Part shown: positions 1 through 11,907 of the stretch, piece by piece
How the letters are laid out: each line of letters opens with the position of its first letter
How positions within the stretch are numbered: position 1 is the first letter of the stretch
Assembly (NCBI RefSeq): GCF_963921235.1
Contig: NC_086097.1
Location: 34,288,001 to 34,352,000, forward strand
Source: Mobula hypostoma
Taxonomy: Eukaryota
Length of the DNA stretch: 64,000 bases
Direction: 5' to 3'
The notes under the pieces: generated by a model
Told to the model about the DNA's origin: nothing
Seen by the model: only the letters and a program-made list of their open reading frames with translations
Databases searched by the model: none
Translations under genes and position numbers: made by a program

Positions 1-2723
1 TCCTAGTGCAAGCCAGTTCTGAATCCCAGCAGCCAATTCGCTTTGCCACAGACCCCACGCATCTTAATCTTTTGGAACAGTCTCCCATGAGGGTCTTTGT
101 CAAACAAAACGTGGTCATAAGGCCACTTTTCATAGTTCGTCTGTCTTGCACACCCAATCTGCGTGAGTTGAGACCCTCCCACAAAGCATTGTGCACCACC
201 AGACTAAAGTTACACAATTCTACTGACTAGTTTTTAGGGAAGACCTTTCAAATTCCTTTCACCTTCTTAAGTTACAAAGCACGTTTTTATTTATCTTTCT
301 CAAATGAAGAGAAACTGACTGGTGGACGTATTAAAAGGATTAATTCGTTTTGTGTAGGTTTCTTACAATAATTCTGACTGGTTTTTAAATGAGACAATAA
401 CATGTTTATATTCAGCTGCATAAATAAATTGACTCCACAGCAATACATTAAAAGTGCTCTTTAATAGTACAAAATAAGAATAATTCATTACATTCTTCTG
501 CATAGCCTCTATGCACTGATTCATGACATCAGCGATTATCTAAATGAATTTTAATGGAAGTCTGAACCGTGACCTAAGCAGTGTAATTTAGGGCGGGCTG
601 AAGAATTAAATATCACACGGACAGCTTGCATTTGTGCATGTGTTTGGATGCACATTCACTCTGATGTGACCAGGTGGTAAAACATAGTTCCATGTTTGCA
701 TTTAATAACAAAATGATGTAAGCTTGGAAATTGCATTGGGTGATTGTAAGCTACTGTAGGAACTGAATGCACTTGAGGCATTATTTTTGTCTATTTTAAC
801 AGACGCATTAAACAGTTTATTTCAACTGGGTTAATGCCTCCATTAAAGGAACAAAATAATGTCATTCAAACATATTTATAAAGTGTGCAGTGATTGCACT
901 GACATTTCTAATCTTCAGAGACCTAATTGTATTGTGTTTTACTGTGAACCTCACACTGCAGCAAATTTGCTGCTGTTACGATATAACTTATACAACAATA
1001 TCTAGGGTGTAGATTAAAAAAATTAAAATTGTGTGTACCTCATTAGAAATAAATTTACTCTGATGAATTATTAGTACAGATTATTTATTCCAATTGTGGT
1101 TTAGAACTGGAAATGAATGCTTTTAAAATTAAATCTCAAATCGTCTGCACGTTGACAATTTGTCTTTTTTTTCAGACACCTGGAACAAACTGCAGCAGAC
1201 ACAATAGCAAGCACACATGGCGGAACAATTTAATACAGCTTTGGTTCACAGGTTGGATCAGGGAGCAAGGAACGCTGTCAAATCACATTTAGCTCAGTTT
1301 ATACTAATCTAAACTGAAAGCCACTTCATGGGGTGCTTGTCATAAAAGTTCTGGAATGATAAATGTAGATAAATTCTTTGCACTGTTTAATACTAATAGT
1401 AAAATATTATGCATTGCATTTCTACACAACCTTCACCCACCCACCCCTACGTTGTTTATGAATTAGGACGAAGTATCTGTTTGGATGAATCACAGAAGCA
1501 GGTGGAGCAGCTAATGGATGGGTCTCCTACCGAGTCCTTCAGTACAGTCAACGGGATAGCCTGTGCTATTTTTGTGAGTAACTGCTGATTGGGGGACAGA
1601 GGGAAAGGTGGGACAACTGGTAGTTAAAGGCCCTATTTAGAGGCAGGTACACTGCTTGGTAGAGATTGGAGGCCTTTTCACACCGTTTGACCTTGGGCCG
1701 CAGATTCACAAGTGATATGGTCAAGGTGCATTTAAGGCAAGTTGGAAGGAAGTCATTCACTCCTCCAAAGTAGCTGCTTTCTTTTGCTATCATTTGATAA
1801 ATCCTTGTCTTTGCTTCCTTTCACCACATCCCTCAGGTACGTCGGGGCTGGTGGCCTCACAGAATGGGAACAATAACCCTCTCTTAATAGACTAGTAACC
1901 AAATGTGAGATTTTGTTTAAATCAAGGTAAGGCTGAACAGCGAACTAAAATAGACCCGAAAGCATGGGTGAAAAGTGATGGGAATTGGGCAGGACACAGG
2001 CAAAATAATTTGGATGACCTGAAGTTTAAGGAGACTAGGATGAGGGCAACTGTCCAGGAGGGAATGGAATAACTTGAAGCAAACATAGTACAATGCTTCA
2101 GAATGTCTGAGAACATCTTCAAGGATGTCTGCCAGCTTTTGTCCTTTCTGCTTTCTTGGAGAAGATACAGGAGCTTGAAAGCCCAGATGAAGAACAGCTT
2201 CTTTCCCGTTGTTATCAAGCTTCTGAAATAATAACCTCTTTCACATGGCCTTCCTAGTGATACTGCCATGTTCTTGGACTCCTAATTCTTTCTCTCTCAG
2301 TTCTTCCATCATTGTCATTTCAGCATTTCTTTATGCATTATATTTGCACTATTCCATTATTTAGTTCTTGTCGCTCTATTTATTGTTGTAGTTGTATACA
2401 CTTTACTCTGTGACCATACTGGCAAGGAATTCCATGGCACCTGGTGAAAATGACAAAAAATTAATCCAAATCTGAATCGGAAGATTTCAGCAGGAGATGA
2501 GTTGGGATGTGGATGGTGTGAGAGAATTTTATATACTGTAAATGGAAATAGACAGTCCAGTCTGGTGTGGATACGAAGCCCTGGGTTTAATATTATAGCA
2601 TGCAGGTGTCAAAATGGTTGTTGTGATACGTCTAGTGTGGTAGTGTAGTGGGTAGTGCTTGTCGCTCTCACTTTTAGATTCCACTGCTGGCTAGCAGTCT
2701 TGCGAAAAGGAGAGCTGAATGTA

Positions 2724-3237
2724 TCAGTCCCTCCCTGCCAGTACATAGCCTGTCCAACAGCAAGCCTCATGTAGTGCCTCCTTGCTGGCGACACATGGAA
2801 ACTGAACTCCTTTTGAACTACAGAGGACGGGGAGGAAGTCTGGCCCCTGCACAGATAGCACGCAGGTCCTCCGGTGTGTGGACATGCCCTGGTGCTCATG
2901 AACCAGATCCCCAGCTATGGGAAGTAGGCCCACTGTCTTGTGGGCAGCCTCGGGAGAGACAAAGGCTACGGGAGTAAACCCAGACAGGAAATCTGGAGCA
3001 GAGCCCCTAAGGCGGCTGGGAGTCACTGAACATCCTTCCAGCAGCTCCTGCAGCCAAGCTGGTGCCAAACATATTGCTTCTTAAGCTTTCCTTTAGATTC
3101 CACCGGTGAGGCCGAGAGGAGGATCTTGACGACTGGGCATCTCAGGATCTCCATAGCTTCCGCCCAGGCTTGTGATGATGATCACCATCACCCATTGTCC
3201 TTCGAGACAGACCAATGTCAACCAGCCAAACCAACCA
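2724..3237 (+). mobile_element. Putative non-autonomous retroelement resembling an RTE-type 5' UTR, with an (AACC)-like tail
   Basis: GC-richer non-coding block containing 'gtgggcagcctcgggagagacaaaggctacgggagtaaacccagac', recalled from RTE-group 5' UTRs; ends 'aaccagccaaaccaacc'. Assignment from memory only. Confidence 0.3.
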
Positions 3238-3699
3238 TATAGTCTGAGACAAATCCTAGGAGAGGGCTGGAACAGGTGGTGGGGAAGAGAATTTGTGATG
3301 AATATTCAATGCAGAATCTTCCCTGATACTCAGTCTTCTGAAATTTCTTCTCCTCCAGTTCTAGCTATTGGACAAGCAACATGGCTGTTTAAAGACGGCA
3401 GAGATGTTGAGGAATTTGGTAGTGAGTTGGAGGTAAGAATCTTCAGTGATGATATGATATGGAAGAGAGAGTTGTGTTGTTAATGATATTGGTGAGAAGG
3501 ATAGAGATGCAGAAGGATCCTTAGGAACAACAGAGTCAGTGGCACTATTTTGGGAAGGGAAACTATTGCTGGTGATCATCTGGCCATAACTAAAGAGACT
3601 GGACTGTGATTAGACTGTCGAACCAGTCAAGAAAAGTGAGAAGGCACAATTTCTCATGGTCACAAGATGATGCTTCTTTTGCATTGCAAATCTTAAGGC

Positions 3700-4150
3700 T
3701 GTGAGACATGCTGAGAAGGTCAGTTTATACAAATCGACAAAAGAAAATCTGAGCAAAATGATGACATGCAGAAATGGCCAAGTCTGACACAGAGGGAATA
3801 AGTGAGGTAATTAATGCTGCCGAGTTCGATACTAGGTCTAAAAGATTTCGGCGTGCCGAGAGAGAGAATTTGGCGATGGTCCCCGTGCCAGCATTGGACA
3901 TAACTGTAACAGTGGAGGAGAACACAGGGAGAAAGGTCACAGTGGGAACAGGATGATAAATTACGTGGCAGGTGACCAAAAGCAGACTGAATGCAGGTGT
4001 ATCAATAAAACCACTGCCCAGTCTGCGTATGGTGACTCTAATGCAGAGAAGGTCAAATTGTGAACATCAAGTGCAGTACGACAGACTGGAAGAAGTACAA
4101 ATGAATTTCTGGAAGGACTGTTTAGGTCTCTGGATGGTGGGAAGGCAAGT
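3700..4150 (-). mobile_element. Degraded Penelope-like element fragments (RT and GIY-YIG region)
   Basis: Minus strand near 4010-4130 resembles the GIY-YIG segment that is clearer at 56500-56700; heavily mutated. Confidence 0.4.
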
Positions 4151-4299
4151 GATGAATGGGTGGGCTTTGTATTCCACCATTTTCATAATGCTTTAAAAGG
4201 CGAGTGTGTCTGTGCACCAACCATTCCATTGTCTACCAGTGAACATGCCATTAAGTGGGTGCAGAAATTTAAAATAAAGGCAAGTATATGGACACATGG

Positions 4300-4570
4300 C
4301 TTAGCCCTTGACCTCCCATGCTGTCTGTGTGGAGTTTGCATGTTCTCCCTGTAAAAGTGTGGGTTTCTGCCAGGTGCTTTGCTTTCCACCCATATGTCAA
4401 GGACTTCAGTTTGGTAGTCTATATCCCCTGAGTATGTGCTGACTCTAGAATCTTGGGAAGAGATGATGGGAATTTGAGAAGAACAGATCACAGGGGAAGT
4501 TAATGGAGAAATTGGATTTCCTGGAGAGCTGGCATAGATTCCATAGACTGAGTGACCTCCTTCTATCTCT
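4300..4570 (+). mobile_element. HE1/V-SINE fragment
   Basis: V-domain motif 'ctgtctgtgtggagtttgcatgttctccc...gtgggtttc' followed by a CR1-like tail. Confidence 0.7.
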
Positions 4571-5432
4571 TATGGAAAACCACTGACAATGGCCTACTAG
4601 TTAAATAAACTTGTAATTTTAATTGTGAAAGTGAGTTTTAATATGTTTCGTTTTGACTACGTTTTTACTGTAACTAATGACCAACTTGGAGAGAAATATT
4701 TAACCTCTGTTTTTTGTAACTTTTCATATAGTTTTAAACTTCAAAAACAAACACCATTAGCTACACCCAAATCACATTCATTGCGCATTTGCTGATACAT
4801 ATTAATTATTCTATGTAAGATGTTATCTTATAGATAGAAGCGTTTAAAGATGATTAAATTCTTCAATGAATTACGATCAATCTGAGCCCTCTGATTTGGA
4901 TTCGGGGGAATTAATATGGTTAAGTGAGATAAAGAAATCTGAGCAGAACTGAAATAGCTTACAGTTCACTCCAAATTTTGAAGGCATTTAAAATTTTGCA
5001 AAGTGTGTGTATTTCACATAGAACATAAAGGTTTCTAGGAGAAAGGCTGAAAGAAGTTGGGAGCTGCTAATAAAGGGTGATTGGCGTGGAATGTTAACCC
5101 TGTTTCTCTGCCCACATTTGCTGCTTAATCCGCCGAGCTTTTCCAACACTCTTCTCATTTCCATTGTTGCCAGTTGCCTTGCAGGTTTGTAGCTTAACCA
5201 CAACAAAATAAGCAGGAAGGCCAGATATTTTAGCCAATCTTCAAGAGTCCTCATTCGAAGACCTCAGAAGAAACGAAATGCAGACTTGACTCCTGGTATG
5301 AGGTGCTCTCCTGTTTATCTATATTCTCCAGAGTTTAGAAGAATGAGGGACAATTGCATTACCGTGCATAAATTCTCATACGCAGTGAAGATGCAGTGAA
5401 GCTGTCTCTTGTGGTCAGAGAAACCAAAACTT

Positions 5433-7625
5433 AGAACCATAGAACCATAGAACATTACAGCACAGAATCAGGTCTTTTGGCCCTTCTTGGCTGTGCCGAA
5501 CCATTTTTCTACCTAGTCCCACTGACCTGCACCTGGACCATATCCCTCCATACACCTCCTATCCATGTACCCGTCCAAGTTTTTCTTAAATGTTAAAAGT
5601 GAGTCCTCATTTACCACTTCATCTGGCAGCTCATTCCACTCTCCCACCACTCTGTGAAGAAGTCCCCCCCTAATGTTCCCTTTAACTTTTCCCCCCTCAC
5701 CCTTAACCCATGTCCTCTGGTTTTTTTCTCCCCTTGCCTCAGTGGAAAAAGCCAGCTTGCATTCACTCTATCTATACCCATCATAATTTTATATACCTCT
5801 ATCAAATCTCCCCTCATTCTTCTACGCTCCAGGGAATAAAGTCCTAACCTATTCAACCTTTCTCTGTAACTCAGTTTCTCAAGTCCTGGCAAATATCCTT
5901 GTAAACTTTCTCTGCACTCTTTCAATCTTATTAATTTCCTTCCTGTAATTTGGTGACCAAAACTGCACACAATACTCCAAATTCAGCCTCACCATTGCCT
6001 TATACAACCTCATCATAACATTCCAACTCTTATACTCAATACTTTGATTTATAAAGGTCAATGTACCAAAAGCTCTCTTTACGACCCTATCTACCTGTGA
6101 TGCCACTTTTAGGGAATTTTGTATCTGTATTCCCAGATCCCTCTGTTCTACTGCACTCCTCTGTGCCCTACCATTTATCTTGTATGTTCTACCTTGGTTT
6201 GTACTTCCAAAGTGCAATACCTCACACTTGTCTGTATTAAACTCCATCTGCCATCTTTCAGCCCATTTTTCCAGCAGGTCCAAATCCCTCTGCAAGCTTT
6301 GAAAACCTTCCTCACTGTCCACTACACCTCCAATCTTTATATCAACAGCAAATTTGCTGATCCAATTTACCACATTATCATCCAGATCATTGATATAGAT
6401 AACAAGTAACAATGGACCCAGCACTGATTCCTGTGGCACACCACTAGTCACAGGCCTCCACTCGGAGAAGCAATTCTCTACCACCACTCTTTGCCTTCTT
6501 CCATTGAGCCAATGTCTAATCCAATTTACTACCTCACCATGTATACCTAGCAACTGAATCTTCCTAACTAACCTCCCATGAGGGACCTTGTCAAAGGCCT
6601 TACTGAAGTGCATGTAGACAACATTTACTGCCTTCCCTTCATCCACTTTCCTGGTAACCTCCTCGAAAAATTCTAATAGATTGGTTAAACATGACCTACC
6701 ACACACAAAGCCATGTTGACTCTCCCTAATAAGTCTCTGTCTATCCAAATACTTGTAGATCCTATCTCTTAGTACTCCTTCCAATAATTTACCTACCTCC
6801 GACGTCAAACTTCCCGGCCTATAATTTCCCGGATTACTTTTAGAGCCTTTTTCAAACAATGGAACAACATGAGCTATCCTCCAATCCTCCGGCACCTCAC
6901 CCGTAGATACCGACATTTTAAATATATCTGCCAGGGCCCCTGCAATTTCAACACTAGTCTCCGTCAAGGTCCGAGGGAATACCCTATCAGGTCCTGGGGA
7001 TTTATCTACTCTGATTTGCCTCAAGATAGGAAGCACCTCCTCCTCTTCAATCTGTATAGGTTCCATGACCTCACTACTTGTTTGCCTTACTTCCATAGAC
7101 TCCATGCCAGTTTCCTTAGTAAATACAGATGCAAAAAAACCATTTAAGGTCTTCCCCATTTCTTTTGGTTCCATACATAGCCGACCACTTTGACCTTCAA
7201 GAGGACCAATTTTATCCCTCACTATCCTTTTGCTCTTAATATACCTGTAGAAACTCTTTGGATTATCCTTCGCCTTGACTGTCAAAGCAACCTCGTGTCT
7301 TCTTTTAGCCCTCCTGATTTCTTTCTTAAGTATTTTTTCTGCACTTTTTATACTCCTCAAGCACCTTATTTGCTCCTTGTTTCCTATACATGACATACAT
7401 ATCTCTCTTCTTTTTTATCAGAGTTCCAATATCCCTTGAGAACCAAGGTTCCTTATTCTTATTCACTTTGCCTTTAATCCTGACAGGAACATACAAACTC
7501 TGCACTCTCAAAATTTCTCCTTTGAAGGCCTCACACTTACCGATCACATCCTTGCCAGAGAACAACCTGTCCCAATCCACGCTTTTTAGATCCTTTCTCA
7601 TTTCTTCAAATTTGGCCTTGAATTT
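5433..7625 (-). mobile_element. CR1 LINE, 5'-truncated, frameshifted ORF2 (reverse transcriptase)
   Basis: ORF 5879-7396 has KSPGPD, NYRP.SLTS, QHGF, FSKAFDKVPH, GVPQESVLGP and KFAVD (degenerate YADD). (AGAACCAT)n tail; TSD AAACTT at 5427-5432 and 7626-7631 inside an older + strand CR1 3' end. Confidence 0.95.
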
Positions 7626-7830
7626 AAACTTGAGGTCATAAGTTTAGGGTAAGTGGTCAACTATAGGGGATTGTTTGAGATGAAGGCCCAGTGAATCCTT
7701 GGAACTCTGTCTGCCACAGGCTATGGCTATTCAATTGATGACTAGAACATAGAACAGAGAAATCTACAGCACATTACAGGCCCTTCGGCCCACAATCTTG
7801 TGCCGACCATGTAACCTACTCTAGAAACTG

Positions 7831-9034
7831 GCACAATGATTCTCACCCTACTAAAGGAGTGTTGCAGGAGTGCTGGGAAAATAGGAGGTTTCAGAGGGAT
7901 ACCTTTAGTCGGGTAGAGAATGATATCGCGAAAGAATGTGGAGTGTTTGATCTGAGGATAAGTCCTTCAATAGTTTATCCGGTTGTAGCTCCATGGAAGC
8001 TTGTATGGCCTGGCATAGACTGGCATTTGTTAGAGGTAAAAAGGAAAGAAAGATATAAAACAGATTTGGTAAATGCATTTAACTGTCATGTGATGGAAAA
8101 GTATAGTGATTATACTCACATTTATACGGATGGTGCGAAGGAACCTGAAACAGAAGTGACAGGGTTTGGGGTGGCAATACCAGCAAAAGAAATTGGAATC
8201 AGCAGAAGAACATCTCATAAGTTAGGGGTGTTTACAGTAGAGATGCTGGCAGTGTTGGTTGCATTGCAATGAGTGCAGAAAGCCAGACAAGCCAAAGCAT
8301 TGATATGTTCAGATTCATCCTCAGTTCTAGCAAGTTTAAGGTCTTTTCACACAAACAGTCGGCAAGATGTACTTTATGAAGTCCTTCAGTTAGTTACAAG
8401 AATTGCAAATCAGGGAGGTCAGGTAAAATTTCTATGGGTTCCAGCACATGTAGGGGTGAAGGGGAATGAGAGGGTGGATGAGTTGGCAAAGAGGGCGTTA
8501 AAGAAAGAAAATGTGGAAATGTACATTAGTATCAGTAAAGCAGAGGTTAAGTGTGTAATCTGGGAAAAAGTCAACCAAATGTGGCAAGAAAGATGGGACA
8601 GGGAGGGGAAAGGGAGACATTTATATCAATTACAAAAGTGTTGCAGTTACTAGGGTAGGTAATGGAAACAGAAGAGAGGAAATTGTGTGGACTAGGTTAA
8701 GACTGGGGCATTGTGCATTAAACAAAACATTGAAAATGATAGGGAAACACCAGACAGGATTGTGTGAGGAATGTCAGGAAGAGGAGTCAGTAGAACATGT
8801 AGTTCTGAGTTGCAGGAAGTATGGGATACAGAGAGAGATGATGAGAAATAAATTAAGGGAGTTGGGGATGCAGGAATTCACATTAAAAGGGTTGCTGGGC
8901 ATGGGTGAGAGAGCACAAGTCCGGGTATTTTTAGCGTTTTTAAGGGGTACAGGGGTTTTTTATAGAATATGACGAATAAACAGGAATAGGATACTAGGAT
9001 GGTCAAAGATGGGAGGGTGAAATGTAGGTTTGTG

Positions 9035-9087
<53 letters not shown>

Positions 9088-9208
9088 GATTGGGTGAAGG
9101 GATTTAGAATGTATGTCTAGTGCATATTCTGGAGCAAAGGGTGGCGGTAATGCATCATTAAGCTGGATGCCAACCTCCGTAAAACAAGATACAGACAGAC
9201 AGACAGAC
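7831..9208 (+). mobile_element. I-group (Nimb/Ingi-like) non-LTR retrotransposon 3' part with RNase H and C-terminal Zn knuckle
   Basis: RNase H motifs YTDG(A)K, EMLAV, ICSDS and WVPAHVGVKGNERVDELAK; RLRLGH..CEEC...ESVEHVVLSC; (TG)n in the 3' UTR; (ACAG)n tail; TSD AGAAACTG at 7823-7830 and 9209-9216. Confidence 0.9.
9040..9074. repeat. (TG)n microsatellite in the 3' UTR of the I-group LINE
   Basis: Direct TG dinucleotide run followed by (CG)n. Confidence 0.95.
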
Positions 9209-10735
9209 AGAAACTGTCTGGAATTTCCCTACCACAGGTCCCTGTTTTTCTAAGCTCCATGTACCTATCTAAGTCTCTTAAGACCCTATTGTATCTGCCT
9301 CTACCACCTTCACTGACAGTGCATTCCACACACCTGCCATTCTCTGTGTGAAAAATTTACCTCTGATACACTTTGTATCTACTTCCAAGCACCTTAAAAC
9401 TATGCCCTCTTGTGTTAGCCATTTCAGCCCTGGGAAAAAGCTTCTGGCTACCCACATAATCAATGCCTCACATCATCTTATACACCTCTATCAGGTCACC
9501 TCTCATCCTCTGTCGCTCCTCAGAGAAAAGATTAAATTCACTCCACCTGTTCTCATAAGGCATACTCTCCAATCCAGGCAGCATCCTTTTAAATCACCTC
9601 TGCATCCTCTCTAAAGTATACACAACCTTCCTGTAGTGAGGTGACCAGAACTGAGCACAGTACTCCAAGTGGGGTCTAAGTTCTTATATAGCTGTGACAT
9701 TACCTCAAGACTCTTAAACTCAATCGCACGGTTGATGAAGGCCAACAAACCATACACTTTCTTAACAACACCGTCAACCTGCACAGCAGCTTTGAGTGTC
9801 CTATGGACACGGACCCCAAGATCCCTCTGATCCTCCACACCACCAAGAGTCTTACCATTAATATTATACTCTGTCTTCAAATTTGACCTACCAAAATGAA
9901 CCACTTCACACTTAACTGGGTTGAACTCCATCTGCCTCTTCTCAGCCCATTTCTGCATTCTATTGATGTCCCACTGTAACCTCTGACAACTGTCCAGACT
10001 CCCCAAACTTTTGTGTCATCAGCAAACTTTCTAACAGACCCTTTTACTTCCTCCACCAGATCATTAATAAAAATGACAAAGAGGAGAGGTCCCAGAACAC
10101 ATCCCTGTGTAACACCACAGGTCACCAACCTCCATGCAGAATACAAACCATCTACAACCACCCTTTGCCTTCTGTGGGCAAGTCAATTCTGAATCCAATT
10201 CTGGCCCACTGAGTTCTTCCAAAATTTTGTGTATGTTGTCTGGATCCGCAAAGCAAGGTCTCCTTGGATCCCATGCCTCCTTACTTCCTGAATGATCCTT
10301 GCATGGGGAACCTCATCAAATGCCTTACTGAAATCCATATACACTACATCCACTGTTCTACCTTCATCAATGTGTTTTGTTACATCTTCAAAGAAATCAA
10401 TCTGGCTCGTAAGGCAAGACCTGCCCTTGACAAAGCCATGCTAACTATCCCTAATCAGATAGCATCTCTCCAAATGCTCATAAATCCTGCCTCTCAGGAT
10501 CTTCTCCAACAACTTGCCCACCACTAAAGTAAGATTCACTGGTCTACACTTCCCTGGGTTACCTCTACTCCCCTTTTTGAACAAGGGAACAACATTTTTC
10601 AACCCTCCAATCCTCCAGTACCTTTTCCTATTGATAATGCAAAGATCATCAGCAGAGGCTCAGCAATCTCCCCCCTCACTTGCCACAGTAGACCGGGGTA
10701 TATCTCGTCTGGACCTGGTGACTTACCTAACTTAA

Positions 10736-11907
10736 TGTCATATGGGGGCACTGGGAGCAGACCCAAATGCAAGACACAGACACTGAGGTACTAGCAACAG
10801 GACTAGGCATGACAAGGAAGCAAGAGAAGAGGGGAAGAAATGACACTGGACATTGACACAGGCCCTGGATGAGACAAGGATTCAGGGCCTGGGCTAGGAC
10901 TTGACTAGGATAGCAGAAACAGGACAAGGAACTGGGAACTAGGAGCCTGGGCTTGGATTCCGAGCCAGAGACTGGACAAGGACCCAGAACCTGGGTGTTG
11001 ACTCAGGCACAGACCCCAGAACTAGGCGAGGACATGACAAGGCTTGGGTTCTACAAGGCTAGGGTATGGACTCTGAGCCAGACTGGGCAAAGACCCAGAA
11101 CCTGGCTCTTAACTCAGGCTCAGACTCCAGAACTAGGTGAGGACAAGACGCAGGTACAGGACAAGGAGTGGCAACAGGACTGGGCAAGAGACTCCAGGAC
11201 AGGACAAGGGAACTCCAGCCCAGGACAAGGAATCTCCAGCACTGGGCTGGGCGATGTACTCCTGGGCTGGGCGAGGCACAAGGACAGGACAAGATTCTTG
11301 GACGTGGCTAGGACTGGACAAGACCCCAAAGCCTTGACTTGGTCAAAGGAGAGACAGAACACAGAGCTTTGGTTGAGGGAGAGACAGGAACATGGAACAC
11401 AGAGCCAGGACCCTTCCTTGGGTACAGGACGTAGGGCCAGGACTCATTACACAGAATGCAATGAGACAGTTCCCAACACAAGATAGCAGCAGACAGCTAG
11501 ACCTACCTAACAAAGGCATGGACACAGAGACAGATCCCAACACTAGGTAGCAGCAGACAGTCAGACCTACCTAATGAAGGCATGGACACAGAGACAGTTC
11601 AAAACAACAATAGACAATTCCTTATCTTGCTCCAGCAATGGAACTTGACAGCAGTGCAGGTGAGGCCAGGAGAGGCCAGATTCCAGGGAGACAGTGAAGG
11701 GAAGGGGTACAGACAATGAGTCTGGACAGGAACAATCCAGCTACTGAAGCTGAACCAAGGAGCTATTTATGTAGCCAGCCCAAAATGTGAATCAGCTGCC
11801 TCAATTAGAGCACCCAACAGAAAAAGGGAAAACTAGAAACCTTGGAATAAGGAACTATGGACCGGACCGTGAACTAGAATCTGGACTTCACGGATTGGAC
11901 CATGACA
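10736..11907 (-). mobile_element. Solo LTR (about 1.17 kb) with internal tandem repeats, inserted in CR1 ORF2
   Basis: Termini TGTCA...TGACA; flanks CTTAA/TTTAA (5-bp TSD, 1 mismatch); CR1 sequence resumes across the junction; TATA-like ATAAATAG on the minus strand near 11765; internal duplicated units such as 'gacctacctaa..aaggcatggacacagagacag'. Confidence 0.8.

Noticed and set aside
5160..5300. Coding exon between AG and GT sites
   Set aside because: Stops occur in all three + frames after either acceptor, and the minus ORF runs into repeat-derived sequence.
7859..8653. Cellular RNase H1 gene, or programmed TGA read-through at 8270
   Set aside because: The TSD, tail and knuckle show a LINE context; the TGA is most simply a TGG-to-TGA mutation.
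10953..11486. 177-aa repetitive ORF as a novel protein
   Set aside because: It lies wholly inside a TG..CA element, has a non-ATG start, and is explained by tandem repeats.
10900..11620. CRISPR-like repeat array
   Set aside because: The repeats are degenerate, irregularly spaced, lack unique spacers and cas genes, and sit in eukaryotic DNA.
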